In this document: positions 25,545 to 43,290 of the stretch, one piece after another
Layout of the letters: every line of letters starts with the position of its first letter
Position numbering within the stretch: position 1 is the first letter of the stretch
Assembly (NCBI GenBank): GCA_951406725.2
Contig: OX597818.1
Coordinates: 109,740,001 to 109,804,000, forward strand
Direction of reading: 5' to 3'
Length of the DNA stretch: 64,000 nt
From: Octopus vulgaris
Taxonomy: Eukaryota
Notes under the pieces: generated by a model
What the model was told of the DNA's origin: nothing
The model's input: only the letters and a program-made list of their open reading frames with translations
Database searches by the model: none
Program-made: the position numbers and the translations under genes

Positions 25545-26740
25545 AACATCGGGTTGCAACAAGTTGCCTTAGATGCCAAAAACACTCCTACCGGGTTACA
25601 GTAAGTTACCTTAGACGCCAAAAACCTTCCTAAATATTCTAGCTGTCCCCAATAACACTGTTTTCTGGAGCTGTACTAAACTGGGTTTTATCCCAATTTC
25701 CTCTATCCACCTGTTCAGATCTTTACCCGCGCTTTTCATCATCTCTGTAATTCAATAGCTTGGTCCTAATACTTCGCTATTTTTTCTATACTTCTCATAT
25801 TTATTCATCATTTGGGACTATGAAGTCAATTATCTGGTACTTTCTATTCTCTTAATCTACTACTACCAAATCAGCCCTTCTAGCTTCTATTACTCTGTCA
25901 GTCTGAATGTTAAAGTCGCACAACATCTTGTGCTTCTTTCTTTATAGTACTTTACTAGATTCATGTTCATACCATGTTCATACTATATGAGTAACACTTT
26001 CCTCTTTTGATTTGCATAATCTACATCGGGAATCTACTTGGTTTTTATCTATTTCGACTTTTATCCAGTTAGTCCTTAATGTTTGATCTTGTGCAGTTAC
26101 TAACAAACTTTCTGTCTCTCTCTAGCTTTCTTTTCTGCAGTCATAACCATGTTTCACTACTATTTGCTGAAACCATCTTTGGGAATCTACCATGCAACGC
26201 CTTCTCCTACCAGTCAGATAATTTCTGTTCTTTTTCTGGTTTTTGACTTCATTTGGTGTTTTTGGTTTCCCTATGTCTTGCTGTGACTCTAGCAGATTTT
26301 GATAAATTTTCTTCACTATTTCCTACATAGGAGTCTATATCTTCTCTAACTAACTCCACACAGTCTTCCACTGATATTAACCCCATTCCGCCTTCCTTTA
26401 TAGGTAGGTATAATCTTGCTACTCCAGCCCTTGGGTGGAGTCCTCCATTCATATTGAATTCCTTCCTAGTTCTTCTGTCTAGCTTTGCTAATTCAGTTTT
26501 TGTCCAATCTACAAAAGTTGCTGAATATCTAAGTAATGATACTGCCCAAGCGTTTACAACCTTCACTAGATTCGGACCGTTTAGTTTTGACTTCATTAGC
26601 TTCCTCATCCTTCTGATGTACTCCTTCTCAATTTTCGTTTTCCATTTCTATAGTTAGTACTCTGCCAGATTTCAATCCTCCTAGATAATTATAACTCTCT
26701 CCTTTCAATGATTTCAATGTCTGGGCATCTGGCAATTGTG
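25545..26740 (-). mobile_element. R4/Dong-clade LINE 3' region, decayed
   Basis: ORF NLVKVVNAWAVSLLRYS...LDRRTRK...LHPRAGVARLYLPIKEGGMGLISVED. Downstream are CDFNIQTDRVIEARRADLVVVD (REL endonuclease) and QLQKTVLLGTARIFRKV. Confidence 0.85.
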
Positions 26741-26754
26741 GCCTCAATAAGAGT

Positions 26755-26932
26755 AGAGTACTTGCAGAAATCAGCACAAATTGGAACCGCTCAAATACTC
26801 CGGAAGGTGCTCGAAAAATAAGAGGTTCACTTAGTTCACTGGTAGTGAACAGCTGACACCGTAGAACATCTCTGACACCGTTAGAAGCTGTGCAAAGGCA
26901 ATAATATTAATAATAATAATAATAATAATAGT
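26755..26932 (+). mobile_element. R4/Dong-like LINE extreme 3' end followed by (TAA)n
   Basis: LQKSAQIGTAQILRKVLEK*, then a short 3' UTR and a (TAA)n tail. Confidence 0.7.
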
Positions 26933-27119
26933 CATTTTAATGATGGCAACTGATATCGGCTTGTAATGTATGTGTGTATATTGGATGAGGGTGACCAACC
27001 AGAGATAATGTGATTAATTGTTTATTCTCAACATCCACATATTTGCAGTTAATGTATTCCACCGAATTACAGTTTGTTAGATTAAGATTTCGGTCCTCTG
27101 CTACAATGAAGAACTCTTG

Positions 27120-27480
27120 ATTTACTTCTTTGCCAATGTTGCACATTTTCTGTGCATTTTACTTCACCGAATTTTCCACACTTCTGCCATGCAAACCTTT
27201 TCCTGCCATCTCTTTACTATGGTATTCTGTTTCATATTTCTCACAACGACCGCCTGTCATTTCAGACTCTGGTATGTATTTGTTGGCTTCCTTCAAGGCA
27301 GAAAACATTTATTTTTTGCGCTTGTTTGTATTATGTAGCTATTTGTATAAGTTCATCATTATTCTTTACTCGATATTTTGCAATCTTACAATGGATATTT
27401 TTAACTAGTTTTCGAATGGCATAAAGTCCTGCTTCCTGGTGTTCGTCAGAAATATAATCTTTCTATGTAAGATTGTTAAT
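27120..27480 (-). mobile_element. Degenerate R4/Dong-like LINE fragment
   Basis: The pieces LIQIAT, FSALKEANKY and RWQEK/LHG resemble the WxxKPLHG region. It is frameshifted. Confidence 0.5.
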
Positions 27481-28699
27481 AGTCTAAATTCAGTCATAAT
27501 TTTCCTTCTTTCTTTTTTTCGTTTCGCTTCTGTTGGTTTAGCTTCCGTTAGAGAATATAATTTATTACTGACAACAGTAAGTTCACCGAGTCTTCTGTCT
27601 AAAATAATCCAATACTTATCTTTCATTTGTACGTGTAGACATTTGATTAGTCGTCACTTGGAGGCAAAATACCGGAAGATGATGAATTTCACATGACATT
27701 TATACAATATATAATCGGGTGAGGTTTCTATGAATATATAGGTTATGGAACTATTCCGGAGCTGTGACCCACAGCGGATACAGCGATAAGCTGACCAACT
27801 GGTGGTGAAAGGCAACACCAACAGTAGTTCTATATGTGAGAGTAAGTACCATTTGATGGTTACCTTTCTAACAAGAAGTGCTAAAGAACTGAAGAGAACA
27901 TCGTAGAGGCAACCGTAGTCTACAAGAACTGCTATTCTCAGGGCACCACAAGTCATATTTCTGGGAAAAAGACGAAAGAGATCGCCTCATGCTCAATCCC
28001 TGGAATCAGCCAAAAATTAACAGCCAGAAAACCAATGGATACTTTCGTTCGTGTATAACCAATTGCTCAACTCGATCACCCTGTAGCAACGAGAAAAAGA
28101 TGGCAAAGGAACAGGGCGAGTATACTGACGGAGTTAGAAAAACAAACTTACCCCACCAAAAGAGAACACACTTCAAGGGAAAGCAAATAAAACGAGCGAG
28201 AAGTCAATCATCCTCCACTTTTATGGAATTTTGTAGTTCTTTGCATAACAAATGCAGAATTAAGACAGGAAATACTATATGAGCCTTTTGGACGAATATA
28301 GTTCAGATTTGTGTGTAGGTGGAGCTAGTGAAAGACACGGTACTTCTAAAAGCTATCTAATGTACACTACAAAAATATATATGTCAACTATTACTAAAAT
28401 ATGAGACTTTGGGGCTCTAGAAATTTCAAGTACTTAAGGACCTGAAATAGACTGTTAAGGCGATTGATTAGAGTTTTGGTGAGTCCTGGTTTGAACTAAA
28501 GGATGGTCTCTCTTCTATGTCTGGGCGAGGTGACTTGTTTGTATTTTTAATCTAATTTATAACTACCTTAATTACATCAATGTTTTACATATTTATTTTA
28601 TTCAATTTTAAATAAGTTCTATTTTTCAAAAAATATATTCCTCGCCCTCGTTCTTTGGATATAAGTAGCAGTCATTTTGTAAAACTAATTTTTCTTATC

Positions 28700-29655
28700 A
28701 ATAGAATACGAAAAATGTAATTTTTCTCGGCAATAGATTGGCCGGTACAGTGTCAAGCAGTAATTCGTTTTGAATCTTTGACGTCCTCAATTCGCTGAGG
28801 TCAGATTTGTCTTTCATCTTTTATGGAGTTGACAGGAGTAACGAGATCCATCGACCAACTCTGACATCCCATATTTCAAAATCCTGGAGCGTATATTAGA
28901 AACAGGTATTATGGGGGATAGCTTATCTTTTGTCATTTACTTGATTCAGTCATTAGCATGTGGCCAGTCGAGTACTGGAGTCGATATGATCAACTCTCCT
29001 CCCCCACCCACAAAATTCAGGCTTTGTGCCTATAGTAGAAAATAGTATTATCATTATTGTTAAGGCCGTGAGCTCGCAGAACCGTTAGCACACCGAACGA
29101 AGTGCTTAGCAGTATTTCTCCCGTCGCGACGTTCTGTGTTCAAATTCCGCCGCGGTCGACTTTGCCTTTTATCCATTCAGTGTCGATAAATGAAGTACCA
29201 GTTGCGTACTGGGGTCGATGTAATCGACACCGTCCTGGATCAAGCATAGACCAGTAAAATAAAGTACCGGTGAAGTACTGAAGTCAAAATAATCGACTAA
29301 TTCTTCCTTTCAAAGTCGCTGGACTTGCACTTACATTAGACACCACTGTTAAGGCAGCGAGCTAGCAGAAACGTTAGCACGCCGGGCGAAATGCTTAGCA
29401 GTATTTCGTCTGCCGCTACGTTCTGAGTTCAAATTCCGCCGAGGTCGACACAAGGCCTGAAAATTTGGGGCAGGGGACTGGTTGATCCCATCGCCTCCAA
29501 TACTCAGCTGGTACTTGGTTTATCGACCCCGAAAGGATGAAAGGCAACGTCGACCTCAGCGGAGTTTGATCTCAGACCATCATTAAGACAGATGGACGAA
29601 ATACTACTAAGCATTTTGCCCGGCGTGCTAACGATTCTGCCAGCACGCCGCCAAG
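28700..29655. mobile_element. Cluster of SINE copies and fragments in both orientations
   Basis: Repeated aaggcggcgagctggcagaaacgttagcacgccgggcgaaatgc...gttctgagttcaaattccgccgaggtcgactttgcc blocks, also at 46835, 48916, 58690-58810 and 60700-60810. Confidence 0.85.
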
Positions 29656-31074
29656 TCATTAACAGATCCGTCGGTGGTAGACATCATTTCAGGAAGAAAT
29701 CGAAAATTCTTCGCCGCTCAATAAACAAAACGATTTGAAGACAAATGACAAATGTGAACATCCGCCATCAAGGTTAGCTCCTATATTGTGTCCATACTTC
29801 AATTTATTCTATTTATTTTTGGTATCTCTTGCAAATTTCCCAAATTCCTGAAATACATCGCCCTGGATATACTTCGATATATAATCATTCATTGGTGTCC
29901 ATTTTCTAATGCGTTGTATCAATGAAATGCCCGCCTTTCAACTGGCCCTTTTTCTCCACCCATTTCCTATGACCATATTGAGAGTGTAAAACTAAAACGA
30001 TTGGCCAAGGAAGTTGGTCATGGACTGCGTTATTTTCCCTCCTTAAAAATCATGTTTTAATCAATAAATACACACATCTCTAGTAGAAACAGTATACCAA
30101 AATCTATAGTATTGTGAACGAGAGCATTTATTAAAATCTCTCCTCCTGAATTCAACGTGTTTTTGTTGCTGTCCGATTTTTCTCAGAATTTGCCCCTGAA
30201 TAACTAAAACGTATTATATCATGTTGACATGATCTCTGATTTTCTTGGAAAAGATAGTAATTATCCTCGATACAGTAGCATAATACGAGTGATGTTGTTG
30301 CTTAGGCTGCTTGTTGATTTTCTCTGTACGCTGTGTTGGATTGGTCGATTGGTCTGCTCAAATGTCTCTTAATTGCCCAACAACATAACCTTGAATAGAG
30401 GAAAATAGAACAGCAATTCAAAAGTAAACATATCGGTTCATTAATTTATGCAAACACCGAAACTGAAAGGCAAAAAGAAAAAAAGTAGTGATGTAGTAAC
30501 ACAATATTGGGAAATGATTCAATGAGTCTATATTGAGATATATTATAATATCTCAAAATAGACTGAGAAATAATGAATGACGCATTGACAGCTTGATATG
30601 AAGTTCATTTGGCAACCACGAGGTGCCGAGTTCGATTCCGCTGTATGCCATCTTGAACCAGTGTTTTTTAGCAGAGGCTCGGGTGAACCCAAATCTTGTG
30701 AGTTAAAATGCGTAGACGGAAGTTTTAAATTCTGCTGAAGTCGTCTTTGCCTTTCATCCTTTTGGTGGTCGATATAATGAATACCAGTGGATGATTGGGT
30801 TCGATTTAATCGATTTGGCACCTCTCCTGAACTTGTTGGCCTTGTGCCAAAGTTTGAAGTCAATATAACTTTTTGGAAACACATTGGTTGTCAGTGAGCG
30901 AAACGAGCGTTTGTCACCCGATTTGAGGGCAATGTGATCCTTGTTTTATGACCTCCATACCGGAAAGTGGCTGAAGGAATGACCAGAGTCTGAGCAATAG
31001 CAACAGCAACAACAACAACAAGAACAACAGCAGCAGCAGCAACAACAACACGCTTGTGATATCTTTTTCTCTTT

Positions 31075-31290
31075 TATTTTTTACTTGTTTCAGCCAAAAG
31101 ACTGCGGTCATGCTGCAGCACCTTCTTAAAGCACACTTAGTCGACTTAATTTTTTAAAGCTTGGTACTTTTTCTATGGATCTCTTGCCGAACCGCTAAGT
31201 TACTGATACGTAAACATACCAAAACCGATTACCAAACGGTGGTAGAGGACAAACACGGATACAAATGTGTGTGCGTGTGTGTGTATGTAA
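31075..31290 (-). mobile_element. SINE 3' body fragment
   Basis: ttttacttgtttcagccaaaagactgcggtcatgctg...gccgaaccgctaagtt. Confidence 0.75.
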
Positions 31291-31374
31291 AAAGGTTGAA
31301 TTAAATTTCGTCCTTTAATTTGGAGAATTCCAAAAATGATTTCTAACATAGTTTCTTCATATTTTGCTGGTAGC

Positions 31375-31800
31375 TTACTGGTGTAAGTTTGCGAATATGA
31401 AAATAATATTCGTCGTCGTCGTCGTGTTTGTGGCAGAGTTGTCCGTAGTAGTAGTAGTAGTGGTTGACTGTGAAGCTGTCGTCTGGGTTCTTCCAATTCT
31501 TCGTGTGTCGGCGGAGTTGGCGTCCATGCTCACACCTGCACCTGTGTTGCTTCTCCCCCTCCTTCCCTCCTTCATGAAGCTGTGGGGCAGGCAGGGTAGG
31601 GAAATCAACGTCGTAAGCGTTGTCAAGGAGACCATCGTTCTTCTCGACAACGACTTCATGGCTTTGAAGTCGCCATTCTCAAAACAGAAAATGGCTTGGA
31701 AAGCCGAAGACGAATTTACAAAATCGGGAAACACGCCACACAGGACAGGTTTCCCGTGCAAAGAATTTGCACAACCGAATGTATTTATAAGTTGTTGCAC
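31375..31800 (-). CDS. Possible coding exon of unknown product (strand uncertain)
   Basis: Non-repeat, relatively GC-rich island, open in mirror frames on both strands. The minus ORF ends at a donor-like CA|GTAAGC. No recognisable domain. Confidence 0.25.
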   Translation of the reverse strand: MQQLINTFGCANSLHGKPVLCGVFPDFVNSSSAFQAIFCFENGDFKAMKSLSRRTMVSLTTLTTLISLPCLPHSFMKEGRRGRSNTGAGVSMDANSADTRRIGRTQTTASQSTTTTTTTDNSATNTTTTTNIIFIFANLHQ

Positions 31801-31859
31801 AACTTTTACATAAAAATATTATCCAAGCTTTTGAAGGCAATAAAAGGCAAACTTACTAC

Positions 31860-31988
31860 GAGATAGATAGATATGTTTCTTTATTAGCCACACAAGGCTG
31901 CACACAGACGGGAGAGATTACAAAGTAGAGCTCGTAGATAGATAGATTGATAGATAGATAGATAGGTAGATAGATAGATAGATAGATA

Positions 31989-32027
<39 letters not shown>

Positions 32028-32186
32028 AGATAGACAGACAGATAGATAAATAGATAGATAAGATAGACAGACAGACAGAAAGATAGATAGATAGGCAGGC
32101 AGACAGACAGACAGACAGATATATACATAGATAGATAGATAAATAGACAGACAGACATACAGATAGATAGATAAATAAATAAATAA

Positions 32187-32235
<49 letters not shown>

Positions 32236-32304
32236 CAGACTGACAGATAGACAGACAGATAGACAGACAGACAGAAAGACAGACAGACAGACAGATAGAT
32301 AGAT
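31860..32304. repeat. (GATA)n/(GACA)n/(GATT)n compound microsatellite
   Basis: Direct reading. Confidence 0.93.
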
Positions 32305-32732
<428 letters not shown>

Positions 32733-33211
32733 TCGTTACTCTACCCAACAACAAGGGGTTGTCTCCCTTTGACAATTTCCTTGCACTGGAATGGAACAAA
32801 AACGCAATAGAGGGCATTAAAACGTTCGGACAGATAGATGACACAAAGAGAAACAACAATTAGAAGGACAGGCAAAAAAGACCGGTCATTCTTGGCTTTC
32901 TTTCATCAGTCAAGTACTAGAAGTCACGGCCATTTCGGAGAGTTAAACTCGATATGGTTCGATTTGGTTGTCTCCAAAAAAAGTCTAAGCTAAGAGCATT
33001 AGACCCCTTTGTAAGAAAGCTAGCGAATGTATACGGCAACAAAGAACCCCCCCCCCACCCAAAAATAAATAAAAGGAGAACATGGTACAGAATTACTAAT
33101 ACAAACAACAAGAACTAACAACAGGCGTCTTTCGACTGAGAACGATTCAAATTGAGCTGGCGTGTATGGAGTGAAAGCCTAAAGGCAGGAACATGGAAGA
33201 TGTACAAATGT

Positions 33212-33240
<29 letters not shown>

Positions 33241-33253
<13 letters not shown>

Positions 33254-33455
33254 ATTGAGGTAATCAGATCAGATGGTTCATATTTGTAGATATTTATTTA
33301 TATATTACATTTTTTACATATATATCATATCATTCGGATTAGCGCTTGCTCCCATTCTAGTGGGTTTTCAAATCAAATCAGTTGTGGGTAGTTTGAACCT
33401 TTTTATAGTTTCGTAGTAGTGGGTGAGGAGGAAGTGAGACAGAGAGAAAATATGT

Positions 33456-33521
<66 letters not shown>

Positions 33522-34009
33522 ATTTATATCTGAGAGTGAAGAAGTGTTATTTCCGTTGGTCTGCTGGACCCCCTGTGGTTTTATAAGAACTTTGGCTGTC
33601 CATTTCAATGTCACTGAGTGTGTGTTGTGCATAGGTTGACATACAACTTTCAAGATGGTATAATTTGGTTGTTCATTTTGAACCGATAAAAAGGTTTTTT
33701 CAAATATTTTATGTATAAGTCTGTGTGTGTGTATATATATGTGTTGGTATAAATATCAACACACAAAAATATTTTTTCTTCTCCACTTCCTCCCTTATTT
33801 TTATTTTTATTTTTATTTTTATTTTTTTATTTTTTATTCTTTATATTTTTATTTATTCTTTATATTTTTTTATTTTATTTTTTATTTTTTGTTTTTATTT
33901 TATTTTATTTTTTTTAATTTTTTAATTTTTTATTTTTATTATTATTATTTTTATTTTCCCTTTTCTCTTTTTGTCTCTCTCCCCTTCTCCAAACACACAG
34001 ACACACACA

Positions 34010-34047
<38 letters not shown>

Positions 34048-34255
34048 AAAACACACACAGACACACAGAGACACACACACACACACACCTCCACAGAATG
34101 ATCATAGAAAGTGTGACCCCAAATGACATTTGCCAGGCCAACCTATGCACAACACACACTCAGTGACATTGAAATGGACAGCCAAAGTTCTTATAAAACC
34201 ACAGGGGGTCCAGCAGACCAACGGAAATAACACTTCTTCACTCTCAGATATAAAT

Positions 34256-34325
<70 letters not shown>

Positions 34326-34541
34326 ACATATTTTCTCTCTGTCTCACTTCCTCCTCACCCACTACTACGAAACTATAAAAAGGTTCAAACTACCCACAAC
34401 TGATTTGATTTGAAAACCCACTAGAATGGGAGCAAGCGCTAATCCGAATGATATGATATATATGTAAAAAATGTAATATATAAATAAATATCTACAAATA
34501 TGAACCATCTGATCTGATTACCTCAATTTTTCTAATATATA
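33241..34541. repeat. Inverted duplication, ~400-bp arms (33241-33638 / 34139-34541), ~500-bp spacer
   Basis: The arms are reverse complements and differ mainly in (CA)n length. The left arm abuts (TA)n. Confidence 0.95.
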
Positions 34542-34591
34542 ATACCTGCACATCATCTCCAAACCTTCCGATATATATATATATATATATA

Positions 34592-34644
<53 letters not shown>

Positions 34645-34699
34645 CTTAAGCTTACTTCTGTGCTGTTTCCACCTCCATCTTATATATATATATATATAC

Positions 34700-35405
34700 A
34701 CGATGGTGGGGGGAGCTTCTTTCAGTTTCCGTCACCAAATCCACTGGCAAGGTTTTGCTCGCTCCGTGGCTATAGTAGAAGATATTTGCCCCTGTGTGTC
34801 ACACAATGGGACTGAACCTGGAGCCATGCAGTTGGGAAGCAAACGTCTTACCACTCAGCCTCGTCAGAATTTAAAAAATTTGAACGTCTCTCCTCGACGA
34901 CGTTTGATGCTCCACCGGTTTATAATTGACCCCAAAAGTTTCAGACGATGGGGGTTTAGGGAAGTCATTTCGATCGAATACCAATCAATCAGCTGTTATT
35001 ATTTTTTGACCATGAAAGAATGAACTCAAAGTGGCTGCGAGGTAAAAAGCTTGTATCACAACCACATGGTTCCGGGTTCAGTCCCACTGCGTGGCAACTT
35101 GAGCAAGTGTCTTCTACTATAACCTCAGACCGACCAAAGCCTTGTGAGTAAATTTGGTAGATGGAAACGGAAAGACGCCTGTCGTATATATGTATATGTC
35201 TGTGTCTGTGTTTGTCCCCCAAACCACTGTTTGAAACCGATGTTGGTGTGTTTACGTCCCCGTAACTTAACAGTTCAGTAAAAGAGACCGATAGAATAAG
35301 TACTAGGTTTACAAAGAATAAGTTGTGGGGTCATTTGTTCGACTAAAGGCGGTGCCACAGCATGGCCGCAGTCAAAGGACTGAAACAAGTAAAGGAATAG
35401 AAGAA
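34700..35405. mobile_element. Two divergent SINEs (34700-34862 minus; 35030-35405 plus)
   Basis: Family head and body motifs as at 11995-12445. Confidence 0.85.
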
Positions 35406-35658
35406 TGAGCGAAATTCGAACTGGGCAGGTTCAGGTAAGCTGACCATATGCTGCAACCAGTTTTTAGGGGTCAATCTCTCGGCCCTCAACTTTCGGTCCT
35501 CGGCCCACCCACTAATCCACCGTTCGATTCCATGACATTACAATTAACATGCAAATTGAGCGATATTTAGAATGAAAAACATGAATTATTCATTTATAGA
35601 TAAAAACCATTCCGCGTTGTTTGGCTCGTATATCCGGCTGCGCAGTTTAGCATAGTGC

Positions 35659-35742
<84 letters not shown>

Positions 35743-36786
35743 GTGCGAGCGTGTGTTTTCATATACATATATACATACAAACATGCATGAATGTATGTGC
35801 GAGCATATATTTATATACGTACATACATAGAAACATGTATATGCGTGTGTATGTGTGTATGTGCAGGTGCGTTTATAGACATACGCACTCACACATGTAT
35901 GTCTGTGCGTATGTGTACGTGTGAGCATGTGTGTAATTCATACATGAATGTTCTTGTAAAGAATGTGTAAGTATGGGTGTACACTCCTCGCTAGAATGTT
36001 CTTTTGTGTGTGTGCATGTGCGTGTGTATGCGTGTATGTGAGCGCGTGTGTGCATGTGTGTGGCCGTGTGCGTAAACATGGAATGGATGAACTTGTTTAA
36101 CAACATGATGCAGATTCATTGATAGACATGGTTAGAATATCAGAGAGTGTTATGCTAACCTAATTCGCGAAGCTGTGTAAGCGATCAAGGCATGTTTCTT
36201 GTTTTTGTGAATGAAATGCCCTTCGCTTCTTCTTCTGATCTTGCAAACGGACAACCGTTCGATATGTCGATCTCTTTCCTTCTTCTTTAACAATCTAATA
36301 CAATGAGTTTGTAGTTCACCGGTTTTGTTTGTTTTTTTTCGATTTTTATCGAGTAATTTTTCTCCAGACATACATTTACTGTGCTGAAGCAGACCAAATC
36401 TGGATAACACCGATATAGAATGGCGGCAAGACTCCAGTTGTTTTTACCAGCCGTTTCTCATTCCCATTTGCTTATGTATTTGCTTTGTTTGTTCTTCTTT
36501 TCCAGATTTTATACAAACGAAATTTTTGCTAATTACGTTGAAGTAATAAATATCAAAAAAATCTTCTGCAAGATCGGAATTGATTGAAGTAAACTGGAAT
36601 GTGATGAAGTATCCAGTCCAACGGGCTTAAATACTTACCAGGAGGACCAACCTTTTTTGAATAGTGGAAGGACACCTTGATAAGGTAGTAGTGATTGCGA
36701 GATCGATATACAACACTTTTGATCGGTAGCGTTGATCTGGACAAAACAATAACGACGACGATAACAACAACAGCAGCAGCATCAGT

Positions 36787-37130
36787 GGAGGCGCAATGGC
36801 ACAGTGGTTAGGGCAGCGGACTCACGGTCGGAGGATCGTGGTTTCTATTCCCAGACCGGGCGTTGTGTGTGTTTATTGAGCGAAAACACCTAAAGCTCCA
36901 CGAGGCTCCGGCAGGGGGTGGTGGCGACCCCTGTTGTACTCTTTCGTTCCAACGTTCTCTTACTCTTTCTTCCTGTTTCTTGTCATCGACTTCCTACGCA
37001 ACCGCTGAGCCTGGATGCGCATTCATCCATCCGGCGATGCTCTCGGTGTCGGGGGTTGACCTGCTTTCTCTTCTGCGGGTCTTACGAATAGCAAAGGACC
37101 ACGTTTCGGACTTCTTCCAAGGACGAAGAC
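36787..37130 (+). mobile_element. tRNA-derived SINE (third family)
   Basis: ggaggcgcaatggcacagtggttagggcagcggactcacggtcggaggatcgtggtttctattccc is a tRNA-like head. The body is partly shared with 9270-9340. Confidence 0.75.
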
Positions 37131-38064
37131 TGCTTCGCTTAACAAACAAACAAAGCAGCAGCATCAACTTCTTTACCTGTAATCCCATGTAGGAAGTTCT
37201 ACATTCTAGATCAATCATTTAGAAATTGTAGGCAAATCTCTCTCAAATAAAACTTTGAAAAGGAAGTATATATCGGATAGTAAAGTCTTAAAATACTTTG
37301 AAATTAGATGAAATGGCTACTGTTGGATAACTTTTGATCATAGGTATGCTGGACAAGAGCTACCCGGAGCTAAACAACATCTGTACCATTCTCTTTCCCA
37401 AGAGATAAATGTATAATATCAATAAACCATACATAAGCAAATGGGAATGAAATAATTTCTCTTGGCAATTCACGATTGTTTTTCTGAATTCCTTAAATGG
37501 AATGATCACTGTTATAATCGTACTAGACGCTTGTGGAATTGTGTGGCCAAAAGAGAAGACAAAATACCATTTTCAAGCTTCGGAAGCTGTAAATATGACA
37601 AATATAATGAAATAAATATTAAGTTTGAAATATCAAGAGTCAATTCTGCTGGTTATGGTATTTTACTTCCAACAAATTCTATCGAAGAATAATTCACTCA
37701 ATTTAATTTTGTTGCTGATGGTTCTCCCTCCACACATCTCTTGCTTTTCTTTTTTCCTGCAAGTGAAACTTGGATTCGAACCAAATTCCGTTATTTCAAA
37801 TAAATGATTAAATTAGAATAACGAAATTTACGAAAGTTGAATAATGCGAAGAGTGAAAACTGGTTTCGTTTAGGGGCTGAAATGACGAGGGAACCGATAA
37901 TCGATATTACATTTGGTGACTTTGTATTGATCACTTTTACGGTTAACATGTCTTGCGGGTGTTCAACATCCACGTGCGCAGCTACATATGTATATATATA
38001 TACACTACTTCCTTGTGTAGATACGCACTTACATAAACACACACATGCATATATGTATATATAT

Positions 38065-38147
<83 letters not shown>

Positions 38148-38485
38148 TCGAATATAATTGTTTTGTCACTTCAGCCTCTAATCGATACCAATTTTCAATC
38201 TCTACATTCTTCTTCGAAAATGCCTTCCTGCTAAATTGGTCATTTCCTTTAAGTACCGGTTGCTAGTTCGAATCTATCATCTTCGTGTCACCGTCAACAA
38301 AACTGAAAGATATGAAGCCTTTTTCGATGGAAATTATTGAAGAGACATAACAGCTAATATCTTAAATTGAATGAATAATTAGCTTATAGTCATACATCCA
38401 GGCATATACACAGCATTTTAAAATTATTAACGACGTAATATTCCTTTTAACTTTATTTAAAAACTACACGTTGAAATTCAATGAA

Positions 38486-41755
<3,270 letters not shown>

Positions 41756-41899
41756 TATGTATATATATTAGTATATATATATCGTTTTTCTCTCTCTTAG
41801 ATGAGTGTACGCTGGGATAAAACCTGACGTCCCACGATGCTACTATGAATATCTATGTTTATATCACTATTTTACACATGTATATTTTTACATGTATTT

Positions 41900-42665
41900 T
41901 TATTTCTTTATTGCCCACGGGGGTCTATACATAGAGGGGACAAACAAGGACAGACAAAGGGACTAAGTCAATTACATCGACTCCAGTGCATGACTGGTAC
42001 GTATTTAATTGACCCCGAAAGGATGAAAGACAAAGTCGACCTCGGCAGAATTTGAACTCAGAACGTAATGGCAGACGAAATACCTATTTCTTTATTACCC
42101 ACAGGCGGCTAAACATAGAGGGGACAAACAAGAACAGACAAAGCGATTAAGTCGATTATATCGACCCCAGTGCATAACTGGCACTTATTTAAATCGATCC
42201 CGAAAGGATGAAAGGCAAATTCAACCTCGTCGGAACTTCAACTCAGAAAGTAACGGCAGCCGAAATACCGCTAAGCACTCCGGCCGGCGTGCTAACGCTT
42301 CTGCCAGCTCGCCGCCTTTGTATATCAAATGTATGTGTAGCATGCATAGAGCGTTGGGTTCACAATTGTGAGGTAATGAGTTCGATTCCACGACCAGGAA
42401 GTGTGTTGTGTTTTTGCGCAAGACGCCATAATTTACGCTGCTGCAGTTCACTCAGCTGTGGGAACGAGTTTCGACATCCCTGGTGCCAAGTTGTCCAAGT
42501 TTCCCTTGGACAGCATCAGTGGCATGGGGAGGGAAGGAGGGTGGTATGCATGGCTGACTGTTAGTCTTCCATAAACAACCATACCCGGACTTGTACCTCG
42601 GAGGGGAACGCTCTGAGTGCAATTCCATGGTCACATATGACCGAATGGGGTCTTTACCTTTTACA
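41900..42665. mobile_element. SINE cluster (minus copy with duplicated tail 41900-42315; plus copy 42350-42665)
   Basis: Family motifs tcgaccccagtgc...gaaaggatgaaaggcaaag and gagttcgattcc. Confidence 0.8.
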
Positions 42666-42673
42666 TTTACACA

Positions 42674-42744
<71 letters not shown>

Positions 42745-43248
42745 TAAATATATATGTATATGTGTGTGTGTGTATTTATATTCAGTTATAATAAAAACAA
42801 GTTTTCATTAAGCTGATGGCTTACTCTATACTTTTGTAGAGACGAATTTATAATTTTTAAACAAGAATATTGTTGACAGTGACTTCGAGGTCGCGACGAT
42901 GTCGTAACCGGCCAAACCGAAACTGTCAATAATATCATTGGTTAAGAATTACATGTATTATTATACTATGAGCCTTCCATAGTAGCTTTCTGTCCGTAAG
43001 TTATAAAGCCTTCCACGTTTATTTACAAATATTATATATAGTATTAGACAGTTTAAGTATATATTAACAAATTTTGGCTGAAATTGATGGGTGAGCGTTT
43101 GGTCAGTTGGATGCGCAAGGAGTAGTGTTAGCGTTGATTTGTGGGTTCGATTCTGACTAGGGTTAGTTCCTCATTTCTCAGTCATTTGTTTGTATTTACA
43201 AATTGTCTCTTCAAATCGAAGAATAAAATATTATTATATGTTATACAG

Positions 43249-43290
<42 letters not shown>

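Noticed and set aside
36150-36410. 86-aa minus-strand ORF with a donor-like end
   Set aside because: No recognisable homology or partner exon, so it is too weak to call.
36787-36862. tRNA-like sequence (also 13184, 47363, 63913)
   Set aside because: These are SINE heads. They continue into SINE bodies and lack a complete cloverleaf.
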